A DNA stretch of 64,000 nucleotides from Candidatus Binatia bacterium (GTDB lineage: Bacteria > Desulfobacterota > Binatia > Bin18), in the NCBI GenBank assembly GCA_963666315.2, contig CAXXHG010000043.1:640001-704000 (forward strand), given 5' to 3'. The notes beneath the pieces were generated by a model. That model worked only from the letters and a program-made list of their open reading frames with translations. It was not told the DNA's origin and did no database searches. Shown here one piece after another: positions 52,991-63,667 of the stretch (positions within the stretch are counted from its first letter, which is position 1; each line of letters starts with the position of its first letter). The position numbers and the translations under genes were made by a program.

Positions 52991-53784
52991 TCATGGGCAC
53001 AGAAATAAGTTCGTTTCGTACTTCGTTTTTGCGGTTTTGCCAGTTAAGAGATGCAGACCTAACGACGTAGGTCCCGGGTGCATCTTTGCAAGCGTGTCTT
53101 GAAACCATTCGACTGAATGCACACTCTTATCGAGCCAGTCGACTACACGTAAGCCCGCACCTTCAATGATGTCTCGCAGATGTGTCACTGGAACGAGAGC
53201 ACTGATTGAGCGTTCTTCGGCCCACGGTACGGGATAGTGTAGCTCGCCGCCTGACCGCTGGAAAATATCGTGAAAGACCAGCCGTCCCCCGGGCTTGAGT
53301 ACACGTGCGATCTCGGCATAAAAGGCGTGCTTGTCAGCAATATTTATCTGCACATGTTCAGTCCAGACAAGGTCAAATGTTCGATCGTCAAACGGCAGTT
53401 CCAGCGCGTTGGCTTGACGGAATTCTACGGCCGACTGCAAGTCAACCAGCTTTCCGAGGGCATTCGCCGCATCAACATATTCCTGGGTGAGATCAACGCC
53501 AGTCACATGACACTGGTACTCCGTTGCCAGATATCTCGCTGAACCACCCAGCCCGCAGCCGACATCAAGCACACGCATCCCGGCCGTTAAGCTGGCGCGA
53601 CTCGCCAACTCTACCGTGGCTGCGCGACCTCGAATATGGAACTCATCCACAGGTGCGAGATCGATAGGCGTTAGTTGGCTTACATCTTTTCCCATGTCAG
53701 CCAGTGCCTTGAGGATGGAGTCCAATATCCCGCCAAGGCCATAGTGATTTTCAACAGGGTTTTTGTCTCGGCCGCACGGTCCAT
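52991..53784 (-). pseudogene. Class I SAM methyltransferase, 5' frameshift and probably truncated C-terminus
   Basis: DEFHIRG, VLDVGCGLGG, RVLKPGG; RBS-bearing ATG at 53784 is out of frame with the body. Confidence 0.75.
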
Positions 53785-54019
53785 ATTTTCCTTCCTTGGC
53801 TGCCCATGAACAATGAACATTGAGCGGTTTGTTGTCTTATTTCTGTTGCTGCATCTTATTGAAAAAGCATGGCTCTAACTCAAATTGTAGTCATTTCTGA
53901 CCTCCCTGGTTCGCGTGAGCGCTTACCCTTCTCAGACCGGTCGACGCCCGGCAGTATTGGCTAGTGGTCAACTGCCACCCCTGATGACCCGGGCGATGTC
54001 GATATCTCGTTCCACTGCG

Positions 54020-54173
54020 CACTAGAGGACGGCTCTCTCATCTCCAAGATGTTACCGACGAAGGCCGACTGACAATAGCCGTGGGTGCCCGGCAAGTTGA
54101 ACTGGCAGCCTCAATTCACAGCGCAATTGCAATTATCGTAGGTATGGCTCTTGAATTCCCATTGATCGGTCAT
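54020..54173 (-). pseudogene. DUF1326-like N-terminal remnant
   Basis: MTDQWEFKSHTYDNCNCAVN*GCQFNLPGTHGYCQ. Confidence 0.65.
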
Positions 54174-54472
54174 CAGTCTCCCCTTTCTGGCAGGGCAACC
54201 CGGCCACTAGAGATGTTGCACGCTCACCGCGGCGCCATGGGCTCTAGCCTGTGCTGAACCATCTCGGCCGTCAAGTGCAAAAAGTGCACTAGATTCTTCT
54301 TTGACTCTTCAGGTAGCCTGCTGGCCGCTCAGCGCTTCTTCTTTCTTGGACTCCATGAACACATCCCTCCCAGTTTAAGTTCGTTGCTTTTGATGCGTTT
54401 ACTATTGGAACCCCAAGACGAATTCGGCTTAGAGCCTATCAGGACAACCCCGTACGGGTTTTTCCGAAGGCA

Positions 54473-54557
54473 AAAATCCCCCGCCAACCCCGCGATGCGT
54501 GTCTGTCGGCTCCCTTTGACAAAGGGGGCGGCGAAGGCGTAGCCGAGCGGGGGATTT
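54473..54557. repeat. Palindromic intergenic repeat element
   Basis: aaatcccccgc...ccctttgacaaaggg...gcgggggattt nested inverted repeats. Confidence 0.7.
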
Positions 54558-54698
54558 GTCCAGCCTAGCGGCGTAGCGTGCTTGAGAGTTATTCGGATAG
54601 GCTTTTAGCATGCTACGACAGAGGAGAAAGTATCGGACCAAGATAGGCTGTTGACTCCCCTGCGAACCCGTGTGAACTTCAGAAAACGCCATTCCCTT

Positions 54699-56309
54699 AT
54701 GAAGAACAACGCTGATACGTCTGTGCAGTGGACGCTTGACGACATCGCTGACTACGAATACCTGACTTTCTGTGACCAGGAGAAAGACGAAGATGTTCTG
54801 CATGAAAGAGACCGGAATATTTATCTGCGCTGGCCGCGAAAGGCGAAAGACCTAAGACTCGAAGGTTCTGGAAAACCCTCGCTTTTACATTTCTGGCTGG
54901 ACCAGCGCCGTCATGAACTGGCGAATGCGGAAAAAATTCTGCTGCCGGGTGCTTCTGTTGCAAGCGGTCTCACCTTCCTGAAAACACTCCTTATTCTCTT
55001 TGGGCTTCTTTCCGGATTTGGCCTTGTAAAAAACTTGCTCCAGTATGAAGGCAATAATCCGACGAATGTGAGCTATTACTTTCTCTTTGTCATTCTTATT
55101 CAGATTGTCTTAATTCTGCTCGCTGTCTTAGTCTCAGTGTTGAGGAAACTGGGGTCGGCTGATCATATGCGTCAGCAATTGAGTCTGGCCACCGAACTGC
55201 TCAGACCTGTTTTTACTTGGTTCGCTGAGAAAGCGTATGCGTCTCGGCTGCGACTGATTCCAGCGGACACGCGCCTGCAGATGCTGGCGTGGAGAGATAC
55301 GCTGACCGCTCGCTCCGGTCTGTATACCCAAGCCATACGCTGGCATCTGGTTGCAATTGTCCAGTGGTTCGGCATTGCCTTTAATGCGGCTGCTATTCTG
55401 ACTTTCTTTGTGATGATTGTCTTTAGTGATCGTGCCTTTGGTTGGCAGACGACTATTGAATTTGCGAGTGATACGCGTGTGTATCAGCTGTGTCGAACAT
55501 TAGCCTTGCCTTGGAGCGGGTTTCTCGGCGAAGGCCTAGGCTTCCCCGATCCGCAGCAGATCGCGGTTAGCCGTATCATCTTGCATCAACCTATTACAGA
55601 CCTGTCTGCCGGAGCGCTGCATGCCTGGTGGCCGTTTCTTATGATGGCCACAGTCGTATATGGATTGCTCCCCAGAGTGCTGCTCGCCGTGTGGATACAC
55701 ACAAAAGTGAGAACTGTCTCCCGTACACTTATTTTCAATGAGTATGAAAGTGATAAGCTCTGCCGTCGGCTTATTACGCCGGTATTTATGGAGACTCCTC
55801 AGGAGCAAAACGAGCAACAAGAAGAAGTCGTGCCAACTCCGGTCCAATACCAAGACGTACAAGCGGTGATCCAAAAACCGTCCAATCAGGGCCAGGGAGA
55901 AAGTCTTATTCTCCTTTCCGTTGATCTTGAGGATGAGTTGAATACCCAATCACTGAGCGAAGCATTGACGCAGCGTTTCGGCAGCGTGGTGCAGGAATGC
56001 CTCATATTTGGTCGCAGTGGCGCGGACGATCTACTGACGGAAGAGGTCATTCGCAGCAAAAAAATCGCTTACCTCTTCTTGATTGATCAGGACTGGAATA
56101 GCCCCATCCCTGAGGATCTGGACAGAATGCAAAAATTTATCTCTGCCGCTGGGGATCAATCCTTACTCGCCGTTCTTCTGACCGGTACCCCGACGGACGG
56201 TTCTCCGACTGCCGTTGACCCGGAGAATATGCAGATTTGGAAACAGCAAATTGCCACACTTCGCCAGCCTCGGATTGGGGTCCAAGCGGTCCCAGCCCTG
56301 GTTGAGTAA
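54699..56309 (+). CDS. DUF2868-type membrane protein
   Basis: LL.Y.G..P.NV, FGWQTT, ALPW, WWPFL....VVYGLLPR. Confidence 0.85.
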   Translation: MKNNADTSVQWTLDDIADYEYLTFCDQEKDEDVLHERDRNIYLRWPRKAKDLRLEGSGKPSLLHFWLDQRRHELANAEKILLPGASVASGLTFLKTLLILFGLLSGFGLVKNLLQYEGNNPTNVSYYFLFVILIQIVLILLAVLVSVLRKLGSADHMRQQLSLATELLRPVFTWFAEKAYASRLRLIPADTRLQMLAWRDTLTARSGLYTQAIRWHLVAIVQWFGIAFNAAAILTFFVMIVFSDRAFGWQTTIEFASDTRVYQLCRTLALPWSGFLGEGLGFPDPQQIAVSRIILHQPITDLSAGALHAWWPFLMMATVVYGLLPRVLLAVWIHTKVRTVSRTLIFNEYESDKLCRRLITPVFMETPQEQNEQQEEVVPTPVQYQDVQAVIQKPSNQGQGESLILLSVDLEDELNTQSLSEALTQRFGSVVQECLIFGRSGADDLLTEEVIRSKKIAYLFLIDQDWNSPIPEDLDRMQKFISAAGDQSLLAVLLTGTPTDGSPTAVDPENMQIWKQQIATLRQPRIGVQAVPALVE

Positions 56310-56324
56310 ACCACGTGGAAAGAC

Positions 56325-57776
56325 GTGAGTATGTCGGATCTCCCGGTTTTCGCCTTTATCGGTCATCCCAATGTTGGGAAAACGTCTGTCCTTGCAACCC
56401 TTGCCGAATGCGATAGCGCGGAAATCGATCGAACCCCAGGGACCACAAAGATCACCATTCCGTATCCGCTCAAATTTGACGAGGAAAGATATATCCAACT
56501 GGTTGATACCCCTGGATTCGAACACCATCAGTATATGCTGGAGTGGTTTGAGCAGCACTATAATCAACACGACAATCCGGCTCAGGCTTTTATTAATGAA
56601 CACCGGGAGAAGCGAAAATATCGCCAGGACTGCAAGATCATACACGTCATCGCTGAGGGCGCTATTGTTCTGTATGTGGTTGATGATTCCAACCCTGTCC
56701 GTCAGGCGGATAAAAATGAAATGCGTATTATCGGTCTGACCGGCTCTTCACGCATGGCCGTGGTCAATGCCCATAAGGAAAACAGCCTTACACGAGAGAA
56801 ATGGCGCCGAGAACTGAAGCCCAATTTCTCGATTGTCCGGGAATTTAATGCGTATAATGCCTGGCATCCTGAGCGGCAGGCTCTGCTCAGAGCCCTGCGT
56901 GAGGTTGACGACCGTTTCAGGGAGCGCATTGACTACTGCCTGACTGCACTTCAGGCTGACTGGCATAATCGGCTTACCGCTTCTGCCGAGACGATGACCG
57001 AGCTGTTGAGAGATATCCTGCAGTATCAGCTATCTGAGAGTATCTCAGGACTCTCAGCTGAGGAGATTGAGAAAAAAAGGCATCAACTCGAAGAGCAATA
57101 CAAAAAGACGGTTCGCCACCGACTCTCCGTGGCAGAGGAGAAAATCCGTAAGCTCTATAAACACACCAAGTGGCAGAAAAAGCTCGCGGAGCACCCCGTC
57201 CGCTCGACAGACCTTTTCGCCGACGAAACAGTTCGCGCACTGGGTATGACTCCTCGGCAACTGGCTGTCGCAACGGCTCTGGTCGGCGCTAGTCTCGGAG
57301 GCTCCATTGATGCTGCTGTTGGTGGTACCTCTTTTCTGATCGGCACTCTAATGGGAGGCACTGCCGGTGCCCTTGTCGGCTATTTCTCGACACCGACCCT
57401 CATGGAAGTACAGGTCCCCGGCCTTCTGTCCTGGGCGCTGCCGTCCTCAGACAAAAGAATTCAGGTTCAGGCGATTGATAACCCGAATTTCATTGCCGTC
57501 ATCCTTGACTGGATGCTCCTATACTGTCACGAAGCCATGCGCTGGTCACATGCCCGAGAACAGACTGCTGACACTGACGGCGGTGCGGCGGGTTTTATCC
57601 ATCAACTGAGCAAACACGACCTCGCCGTTTCAGCAGCGTTCATCGCGTGGGTGAAAAAGGGCAAGACGAGTAGATCCTTCCCAAACCCGATGAAGAATAT
57701 GAAAGACCTGATCGGCGATCTGCTTGAAAGGATCGCCGACGGTAAACTGCTGCCCAAAGCCAAGGCGGCGCGGTAG
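56325..57776 (+). CDS. GTPase with DUF3482-type C-terminus
   Basis: GHPNVGKTS, PGTT, DTPGFE; glycine-zipper GASLGGSIDAAVGG. Confidence 0.88.
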   Translation: MSMSDLPVFAFIGHPNVGKTSVLATLAECDSAEIDRTPGTTKITIPYPLKFDEERYIQLVDTPGFEHHQYMLEWFEQHYNQHDNPAQAFINEHREKRKYRQDCKIIHVIAEGAIVLYVVDDSNPVRQADKNEMRIIGLTGSSRMAVVNAHKENSLTREKWRRELKPNFSIVREFNAYNAWHPERQALLRALREVDDRFRERIDYCLTALQADWHNRLTASAETMTELLRDILQYQLSESISGLSAEEIEKKRHQLEEQYKKTVRHRLSVAEEKIRKLYKHTKWQKKLAEHPVRSTDLFADETVRALGMTPRQLAVATALVGASLGGSIDAAVGGTSFLIGTLMGGTAGALVGYFSTPTLMEVQVPGLLSWALPSSDKRIQVQAIDNPNFIAVILDWMLLYCHEAMRWSHAREQTADTDGGAAGFIHQLSKHDLAVSAAFIAWVKKGKTSRSFPNPMKNMKDLIGDLLERIADGKLLPKAKAAR

Positions 57777-57816
57777 CCGGTCAGGTGTAGGATGTTTCTG
57801 CGTATGAATCTGTACA

Positions 57817-58149
57817 ATGGAGGCGTTGTGCGTCTTTCACCTGTCTAGTCAGTCACCGAGACCAGCCGGCTCCGTTACACCTTTTGTCGAAGGTTTCGCT
57901 CAACCCAAGGGCCTTGTGTTACAGGACAAAGGCCTGCTCGTGCTCGATCACGGTACTAAAGAGCTGCATGCTGTAACGCTGGCGACGAATAAACAGCAGA
58001 TTTTGGCGAGCCAGCTTCCTGTAGGAGAACCAGATGGGTTGAGCCGCTGTCCAATGGATTTTCTAGGCGGTATTGCCACAAGTATAGACGGCACGATTTA
58101 TATTGCCGCAGACGCAGAAGGTAGTGTTCTCACGTTGCACCAGGTCTAG
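57817..58149 (+). pseudogene. C-terminal fragment of a beta-propeller (gluconolactonase/NHL-like) protein
   Basis: GFAQPKGL, LPVG, GIATSIDGTIYIAAD.EGSV; too short to be complete. Confidence 0.55.
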
Positions 58150-58466
58150 CCGCAGAACTCAAAAGAAAACGGTTCGAGAAGGGGCCTCCGGTCCTGAGGA
58201 CGTGACGGGCTGGGTCCTTTTTCTCCGTTCTCTATCCGCTTAAGTCCGATATTTCTTGACTGGCCTGATATTGTTGCATTATTTATCTCTCTCTATTTTT
58301 ACAGAAATCTTATAAAAATCTTATATTTTTCTTATGATTTTAGAGCCATCCCCAGCTTATAGTTATGGCCTCTGAGAGGACAGTCCGACATCACAGTTGA
58401 AGCGGAAACTCTCTCAAGCAAGCGTTATGTGTTTCAGCATGGAAAAGGAGAGAGGGCAGGCAAAAA

Positions 58467-58482
58467 TGGCATGCCCTTTGCT
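58467..58482 (+). promoter_or_regulatory. sigma54 promoter
   Basis: TGGCATGCCCTTTGCT. Confidence 0.75.
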
Positions 58483-58613
58483 CTCCAATGTCCAACAAGT
58501 AACGGCAGACCTGCGCTGCTGGGCCAAGGTGACCTGTCGAGAGGCGGTCACTACCGTGGGGAACGCATCATATCTCGTCATTGATGCGCTCCCGATGGAA
58601 AGGGAAAGACTAC

Positions 58614-58952
58614 ATGAGAGGGCGACAAGCGAAATGGCTTAACCTGTCAAATGATGACCAGGAAGTATTGCAGCGCTTAGCATGGGACAAGAACAGTGTC
58701 CCACGCACGGCCCGTCGTGCATATGTATTGTTAGCAATGAGTGATCGGACGACGTGTGTTAAGAAGTTGGCGAAACGTGTTGAGCTGACACGAAGCGCAG
58801 TATGGCGTCTATGCCGCGGCTTTAATGACCGCGGGCTCAATGCTCTCTTTGATGCGCCACGTCCCGGCCGTCCGAAATGTGCCCCAGCCATTCTTGTCGA
58901 TGTAGAAGTTCCGGCAAGTAGCGAACAGCACGAGATGCGCAATATTTCATAA
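58614..58952 (+). CDS. IS630-type HTH-only protein
   Basis: RRAYVLLAM, LAKRVELTRSAVWRLCRGF...GL.AL.DAPRPGRP; no DDE domain. Confidence 0.75.
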   Translation: MRGRQAKWLNLSNDDQEVLQRLAWDKNSVPRTARRAYVLLAMSDRTTCVKKLAKRVELTRSAVWRLCRGFNDRGLNALFDAPRPGRPKCAPAILVDVEVPASSEQHEMRNIS

Positions 58953-59038
58953 TCTGGGAGGAGAATGCGGATAAACCGTTCCCGGGTGTTTGTGACAGAC
59001 TTCTTAGAATCACTAACAAAACTGCCCCAGCCCCGCCC

Positions 59039-59104
59039 CTGGATTCCCGTTTCCACGGGAATGACAGTCCTTTTTGCGTCATACCTGCGAAAGCAGGAAT
59101 CCAG
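59039..59104. repeat. Inverted pair of GTCATTCCC...GGAATCCAG REP-like palindromes
   Basis: ctggattcccgtttccacgggaatgac / gtcatacctgcgaaagcaggaatccag. Confidence 0.8.
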
Positions 59105-59202
59105 GCCTACGGGACAAGGGTGAGTTTCGTTAGGTACTCTTAGCCAGATACATCTGTCAAGAGAAATTCATATTGGACCGGCGTGGGCCGCCCAATTTAA
59201 GG

Positions 59203-60570
59203 TCAGGGCGAAGCAAGTGGTCGTTGGTAGACTACCTGTCCATTCAAAATAACTGTTTGAATATGAGATGTATATTCAAACGGGTCCCCATCGAATAGCA
59301 CGAGATCTGCATCCTTTCCAGCCTCCAGTGAGCCTACGCGCGCGTCAATGCCGAGGATTTGAGCGGCATCGAGTGTAATCGCACGCAGGGCACGCTCAAA
59401 ACCCAACCCGTTGACCATGGCAATCGCGGCCTCAAAAAGAACAATGCGGGTTTTCGGTACATAACTCTCGAAACCCGACTGCAGGGCAATACGAATGCCT
59501 GCATCAGCTAAAATTGCGGCATTCTCCAAGGACGTATTCGACGTTTCCAGACTGCTGATACGCTGCATGCTGGGATGGACAATTACCGGAACACCGGCCT
59601 GCTGGATTTCCGGCACGACCAGATAACCCTCAGTCGTCGCATCAAGGAGAAGGGTGAGGTTGAACTCTTTGGCAATACGCAGTGCGGTGAGGATATCGTC
59701 CTCACGATGCACGGTAAATAATGCCGGAAGTTCGCCCCGGACGACTGCGGCTAAGGCTTCTTTTTTTAGGTCTCTGTCAGGCGCTTTATGGTCTTTATCT
59801 TCCGACGTATCATTGGCAGACGCTTCTTGCGCAGACGCTTCGTCGGCCGACGAAACATAATCTTGCCACTGCTTGGCATAGCTCTGCGCACCAAGCAGCG
59901 CTTGCCGAATCAGAGCAGCAGTACCCATGCGAGTCATAGGCGTTTGTTTACGTTCCCCATACGTTCTCTTTGGAACTTCTCCGAGGGTAAAGATCATGGC
60001 CGAGGGAAAGCGAATCGTCATCGCTTCCACGGTCGATCCATGCGTTTTGAAGATTCCGGCCTGGCCGCCTATCGGATTGCTGCGGCCCGGTCCGGCTTGG
60101 ATGACCGTGACCCCGTGCTGCAGGAGATAGGCAAGAAGAGGCTCTGAGGGATTGAAACCGTCAATTGCTCTGAGCTCGGCGTGGTTCGGCGCTGTGGTTT
60201 CGTCCTGGTCTTGATCTGCGAGTACGTTATACCATCCGGCGAGGCCAACCACAGAATGGGCATCAATAAAACCGGGTGTGATGGTGTCACTCGTCAACCG
60301 TTCATAGCCGTCTGGCACGGTAATATCAGCAGCCGACCCGATCTGCGTAATCTTGCCGTTCTCTATCAGAACCACGCCGTCCTGAATCCTTCCTGAGGAC
60401 GAGACCGTATGAAGCGTGGTCGCGGATATTGCAAGCTGCTGTGCCCAAGCGAGCGGACAGGAGAAACCGAGCAGGAAGAGGCTAACGACCGAGAAAGAGT
60501 GGATGCGCAGCGCTCCAATGCGCCCCCAGTGATGCACAGCGGACTGTTGCTTTCGTACGATTTTCTTCAT
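59203..60570 (-). CDS. Amidohydrolase family protein (exported)
   Basis: PGFIDAHS, TRMG, HREDDI, GSLEAGKDADLV. Confidence 0.9.
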   Translation of the reverse strand: MKKIVRKQQSAVHHWGRIGALRIHSFSVVSLFLLGFSCPLAWAQQLAISATTLHTVSSSGRIQDGVVLIENGKITQIGSAADITVPDGYERLTSDTITPGFIDAHSVVGLAGWYNVLADQDQDETTAPNHAELRAIDGFNPSEPLLAYLLQHGVTVIQAGPGRSNPIGGQAGIFKTHGSTVEAMTIRFPSAMIFTLGEVPKRTYGERKQTPMTRMGTAALIRQALLGAQSYAKQWQDYVSSADEASAQEASANDTSEDKDHKAPDRDLKKEALAAVVRGELPALFTVHREDDILTALRIAKEFNLTLLLDATTEGYLVVPEIQQAGVPVIVHPSMQRISSLETSNTSLENAAILADAGIRIALQSGFESYVPKTRIVLFEAAIAMVNGLGFERALRAITLDAAQILGIDARVGSLEAGKDADLVLFDGDPFEYTSHIQTVILNGQVVYQRPLASP

Positions 60571-61952
60571 TGCGTTTTCTGCCGAGCCGGATACCGATCG
60601 GCTACAGCAAAACCTCCAGTTGCATAGCGGATGTCTGATGGCCGGCTTCTATCAAAAACCTTTTCGCCTTCGATATAGGTTTCAAGGACATGGCTGTATA
60701 CGCTGAACGGCGGGCCGGACAGGACAACCAGGTCAGCATCCTTTCCGACTTCGAGAGAACCAATGCGATCTTGGAGGTCGAGCATTTCTGCCGCGTGGAT
60801 GGTTAACGCGCGCAGGGCCGCCGCCTCGCTCATGCCGGCCCTAATAGCCAGGGCGGCCATACGCAGGAAAAATCGCGAGTCAGTGATTGGGTCATCGGTG
60901 TGAAAGGCGACTTTCACCCCGGCTTTTTCAAGTACGGCTGCATTACGTAGCGTCATCTCGATGGCTTCGGGCTTGCCGCCCGGCGCGTCCAGAACAATGA
61001 CCGAGCAGGGGATATTCCGGCGGGCAATCTCATCTGCCACTTTGTAGCCTTCACTCACATGCTGCAGAACCAGTGGAAATTGGAACTCCTCAGCCAACCG
61101 AATGGCGGTCATGATGTCGTCTGCCCGGTGGGTGTGGAAATGGACTGTACGTTTGCCTTGCAGAATCTCGATAACCGGATCGAGGGCAATGTCGGGGTCA
61201 GGTGGTTTGGCCTTCTCGCCCTCTTCTTTTTTCTCTGCGTAAGCGTCCCATTTTTTCTGATGATTCTGCGCACGAATAAAGAGCTGGCGTTGCAGAGCTG
61301 CCACGGCCATACGGGTTGCAGGCGTTTGCTTACGTGAGGCATAGGCTCGTTTGGGATTCTCGCCATTGGCCATTTTCATCCCACCCTGAATCCCGTCCTT
61401 ATGGATGAGCATGTCTTCAATCGTGCGGCCACGCAGCTTCACATAGGCGGTTTGACCTCCAACCGCATTGCCACTGCCGGGCATGATATTCGCCGTAGTA
61501 ATGCCGCCCGCCTGCGCCATGCGAATGCCGGGGTCAGACGGATAAATCGCATCCAACGCCCGCACAACGCTTTGGACCGGCCCGGTTGTCTCATTTCCAT
61601 CTGCGTTAGCCGGAACGCGGGGATGCGGGTATACGCCCAGGTGGGAGTGGGTATCGACCAGACCCGGCAGGATGACTTTTCCACTGACATCACGGACAAC
61701 GGCGTCGTCGGGAACCGTTACCTCAGAAGATGGACCAACTGTAACGATCTTTCCGTCTTGAACGACGAGAATACCGTTTGGCACAATGCCGTCTGTGACG
61801 GTGTAGAGGGTTGCGCCTTTGAGAACGAGTGCGGCCACCTGCTTCTCTTCGAGCACAGGCATTTGCGGCTCTTCGGATGCAGCGATCTCAGTAACGCCCC
61901 AAGGTATGAAGAGTATGGCGAAGATAAGACAACGGGCGAGAAAGTCTTTCAC
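60567..61952 (-). CDS. Amidohydrolase family protein (exported)
   Basis: PGLVDTHSH, KMANGENPK, HTHRADDI, HTDDP, GSLEVGKDAD. Confidence 0.92.
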   Translation of the reverse strand: MKDFLARCLIFAILFIPWGVTEIAASEEPQMPVLEEKQVAALVLKGATLYTVTDGIVPNGILVVQDGKIVTVGPSSEVTVPDDAVVRDVSGKVILPGLVDTHSHLGVYPHPRVPANADGNETTGPVQSVVRALDAIYPSDPGIRMAQAGGITTANIMPGSGNAVGGQTAYVKLRGRTIEDMLIHKDGIQGGMKMANGENPKRAYASRKQTPATRMAVAALQRQLFIRAQNHQKKWDAYAEKKEEGEKAKPPDPDIALDPVIEILQGKRTVHFHTHRADDIMTAIRLAEEFQFPLVLQHVSEGYKVADEIARRNIPCSVIVLDAPGGKPEAIEMTLRNAAVLEKAGVKVAFHTDDPITDSRFFLRMAALAIRAGMSEAAALRALTIHAAEMLDLQDRIGSLEVGKDADLVVLSGPPFSVYSHVLETYIEGEKVFDRSRPSDIRYATGGFAVADRYPARQKTQ

Positions 61953-62086
61953 AGTTCACTCCAGACCGTTTTCGATGTTGATGAAGTTCACCTGTTTGAC
62001 ACAGCCGAGCGCGAAGCACTATACACTGGGAGCCAGGAGGGGAGAAAGGGCGGTTCCTATTTGGACTACTGAAAAGGAGGATAATA

Positions 62087-62941
62087 ATGTCAAGTTTAGA
62101 TCATACGCATCACACGACTTTTGTGAATGACGTGCGTCTCCATTACGTCACCGCAGGACAAGGCGATCCGGTTGTTCTGCTCCACGGCTGGCCGGAGACG
62201 TGGTACCAGTGGCGCAAGATCATTCCTGCCTTAGCCGAGCGTTACACGGTCATTGCGCCCGACCTGCGCGGCTTGGGCGACTCGTCCAAGCCCAAGACCG
62301 GCTATGACAAGCGCACGCTGGCAGATGATGTGTATAAACTGGTCAGCAAGCTTGGCCATGAACGCATTTTCCTAGTCGGGCATGACTGGGGTGGGCCGAC
62401 TGCCTATGCGTATGCCTGTGCGCATCCAGACGATGTCCGGCGGCTGGTCATTCTGGATGTTCCGATTCCAGGTGCCGGTTTGGAAAAAATTCCTCAGATG
62501 TCACCCAAAGGTGGTTTGTGGCATATCTCGTTTCACAGCGTACCCGATCTACCCGAAGTCCTCGTCGCTGGACGCGAGCGTGAATATTTGTCGTGGTTCT
62601 ACCGGACGGCCTATAATCCCACGGCGATCACGGAAGAAGATATTGATGAATACGTGCGCTGCTATGCAGCTCCGGGCGGTATGCGCGCCGGGTTTGAGTA
62701 CTACCGCGCCTTCTGGGATGATGTTGCTCACAACACCGAAAACGCCAAGACCAAGCTGACCATGCCCGTCCTTGCTTTAGGCGGAAAGTACAGCTTCGGC
62801 AAACAGACCCTGCGCTCTTTGCAAACGCTGGCTGAGAATGTACGTGGCGGAGAAATTGACCAGTGCGGGCATTGGGTGGCTGAGGAGCAGCCCGAATATC
62901 TAACTAAGCAGTTGCTCACGTTCTTTGGGGAAGAGGGATAA
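62087..62941 (+). CDS. Alpha/beta hydrolase (epoxide hydrolase-like)
   Basis: LHGWPE, PDLRGLGDS, GHDWGG, CGHWVAEE. Confidence 0.93.
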   Translation: MSSLDHTHHTTFVNDVRLHYVTAGQGDPVVLLHGWPETWYQWRKIIPALAERYTVIAPDLRGLGDSSKPKTGYDKRTLADDVYKLVSKLGHERIFLVGHDWGGPTAYAYACAHPDDVRRLVILDVPIPGAGLEKIPQMSPKGGLWHISFHSVPDLPEVLVAGREREYLSWFYRTAYNPTAITEEDIDEYVRCYAAPGGMRAGFEYYRAFWDDVAHNTENAKTKLTMPVLALGGKYSFGKQTLRSLQTLAENVRGGEIDQCGHWVAEEQPEYLTKQLLTFFGEEG

Positions 62942-63044
62942 ATAAAACAATGCCTAAAATCGAATGACTCTTCTCTTGTCAGTTGTATGCTCGTGACGTT
63001 TTCGATCATTGCTTACTATGCCGACGGGGTCGAAAGAAGCACTT

Positions 63045-63428
63045 TTAAGAGTTCGTCGGGAGTGTACTTCGGGAGAAATCACTGACGTTACGAGTAACGA
63101 TTCCCCCTGCACCGGCATGGTGAGCTGCCTCGTAGAGAACCGCATCTTCGTAGTCAGTGAAATTGAGTGAAAGCGCATCTAATATGACGACGCCATTGAC
63201 TGGCGCGACCTCAAATAATGCGAGGAGTGTTCGGAGATGCTTCCTCGCTTGTGTCTTACCAACAGCTTTTGTTGCCAGATAGTGGATAGTGGTAACTGTA
63301 GTCGCCCCTAAGAGTCCTTCGATAGCGTTCCGCTCAACATATACAAAGAGGCGAGAAGCCGTAGCGGCATGCGGCTTCCGATTCAGTAAGACATCGAGGA
63401 CCACATTTGTATCAAAGAGAATTCTCAC
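63045..63428 (-). CDS. PIN-domain toxin (last residues probably frameshifted)
   Basis: LFDTNVVLD, DYEDA, IVTRN..DF; a PDELL tail lies in another frame. Confidence 0.88.
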   Translation of the reverse strand: MRILFDTNVVLDVLLNRKPHAATASRLFVYVERNAIEGLLGATTVTTIHYLATKAVGKTQARKHLRTLLALFEVAPVNGVVILDALSLNFTDYEDAVLYEAAHHAGAGGIVTRNVSDFSRSTLPTNS

Positions 63429-63667
63429 TAATACTTCTCTTCAATATGTCGATAGTAATCTTGTTTTGTGAGTGATGTATCCTCCAGTGCCCCTAAGAGA
63501 GAACGAACTGCCGACGTGAGCTCTTCTTCCGCTCCCCCTGAAGGTGAGTCAAGAAGAGTGAAGAAGTCGGCCACAAGACTGGAGACCGACTTTCCGGACC
63601 GATGGGCATACGCCTTCGCTTTTTGGATAAGCGCCTCGTCGAGCCGTAAAGTGAGCTTTGTTTGCAT
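63428..63667 (-). CDS. DUF6364-type RHH antitoxin
   Basis: MQTKLTLRLD...AKAYA...GKSVS.LV...HIEEKY; coupled to the PIN gene. Confidence 0.9.
   Translation of the reverse strand: MQTKLTLRLDEALIQKAKAYAHRSGKSVSSLVADFFTLLDSPSGGAEEELTSAVRSLLGALEDTSLTKQDYYRHIEEKY

Noticed and set aside
51118-53102. Two ORFs starting MGIPQ (51118-51369 and 52767-53102)
   Set aside because: Both start inside the IS inverted repeats reading outward; artefacts.
54020-54173. Selenocysteine at the TGA in CNCAVN*GC
   Set aside because: The gene is truncated soon afterwards and I see no convincing SECIS; a nonsense mutation in a remnant is simpler.
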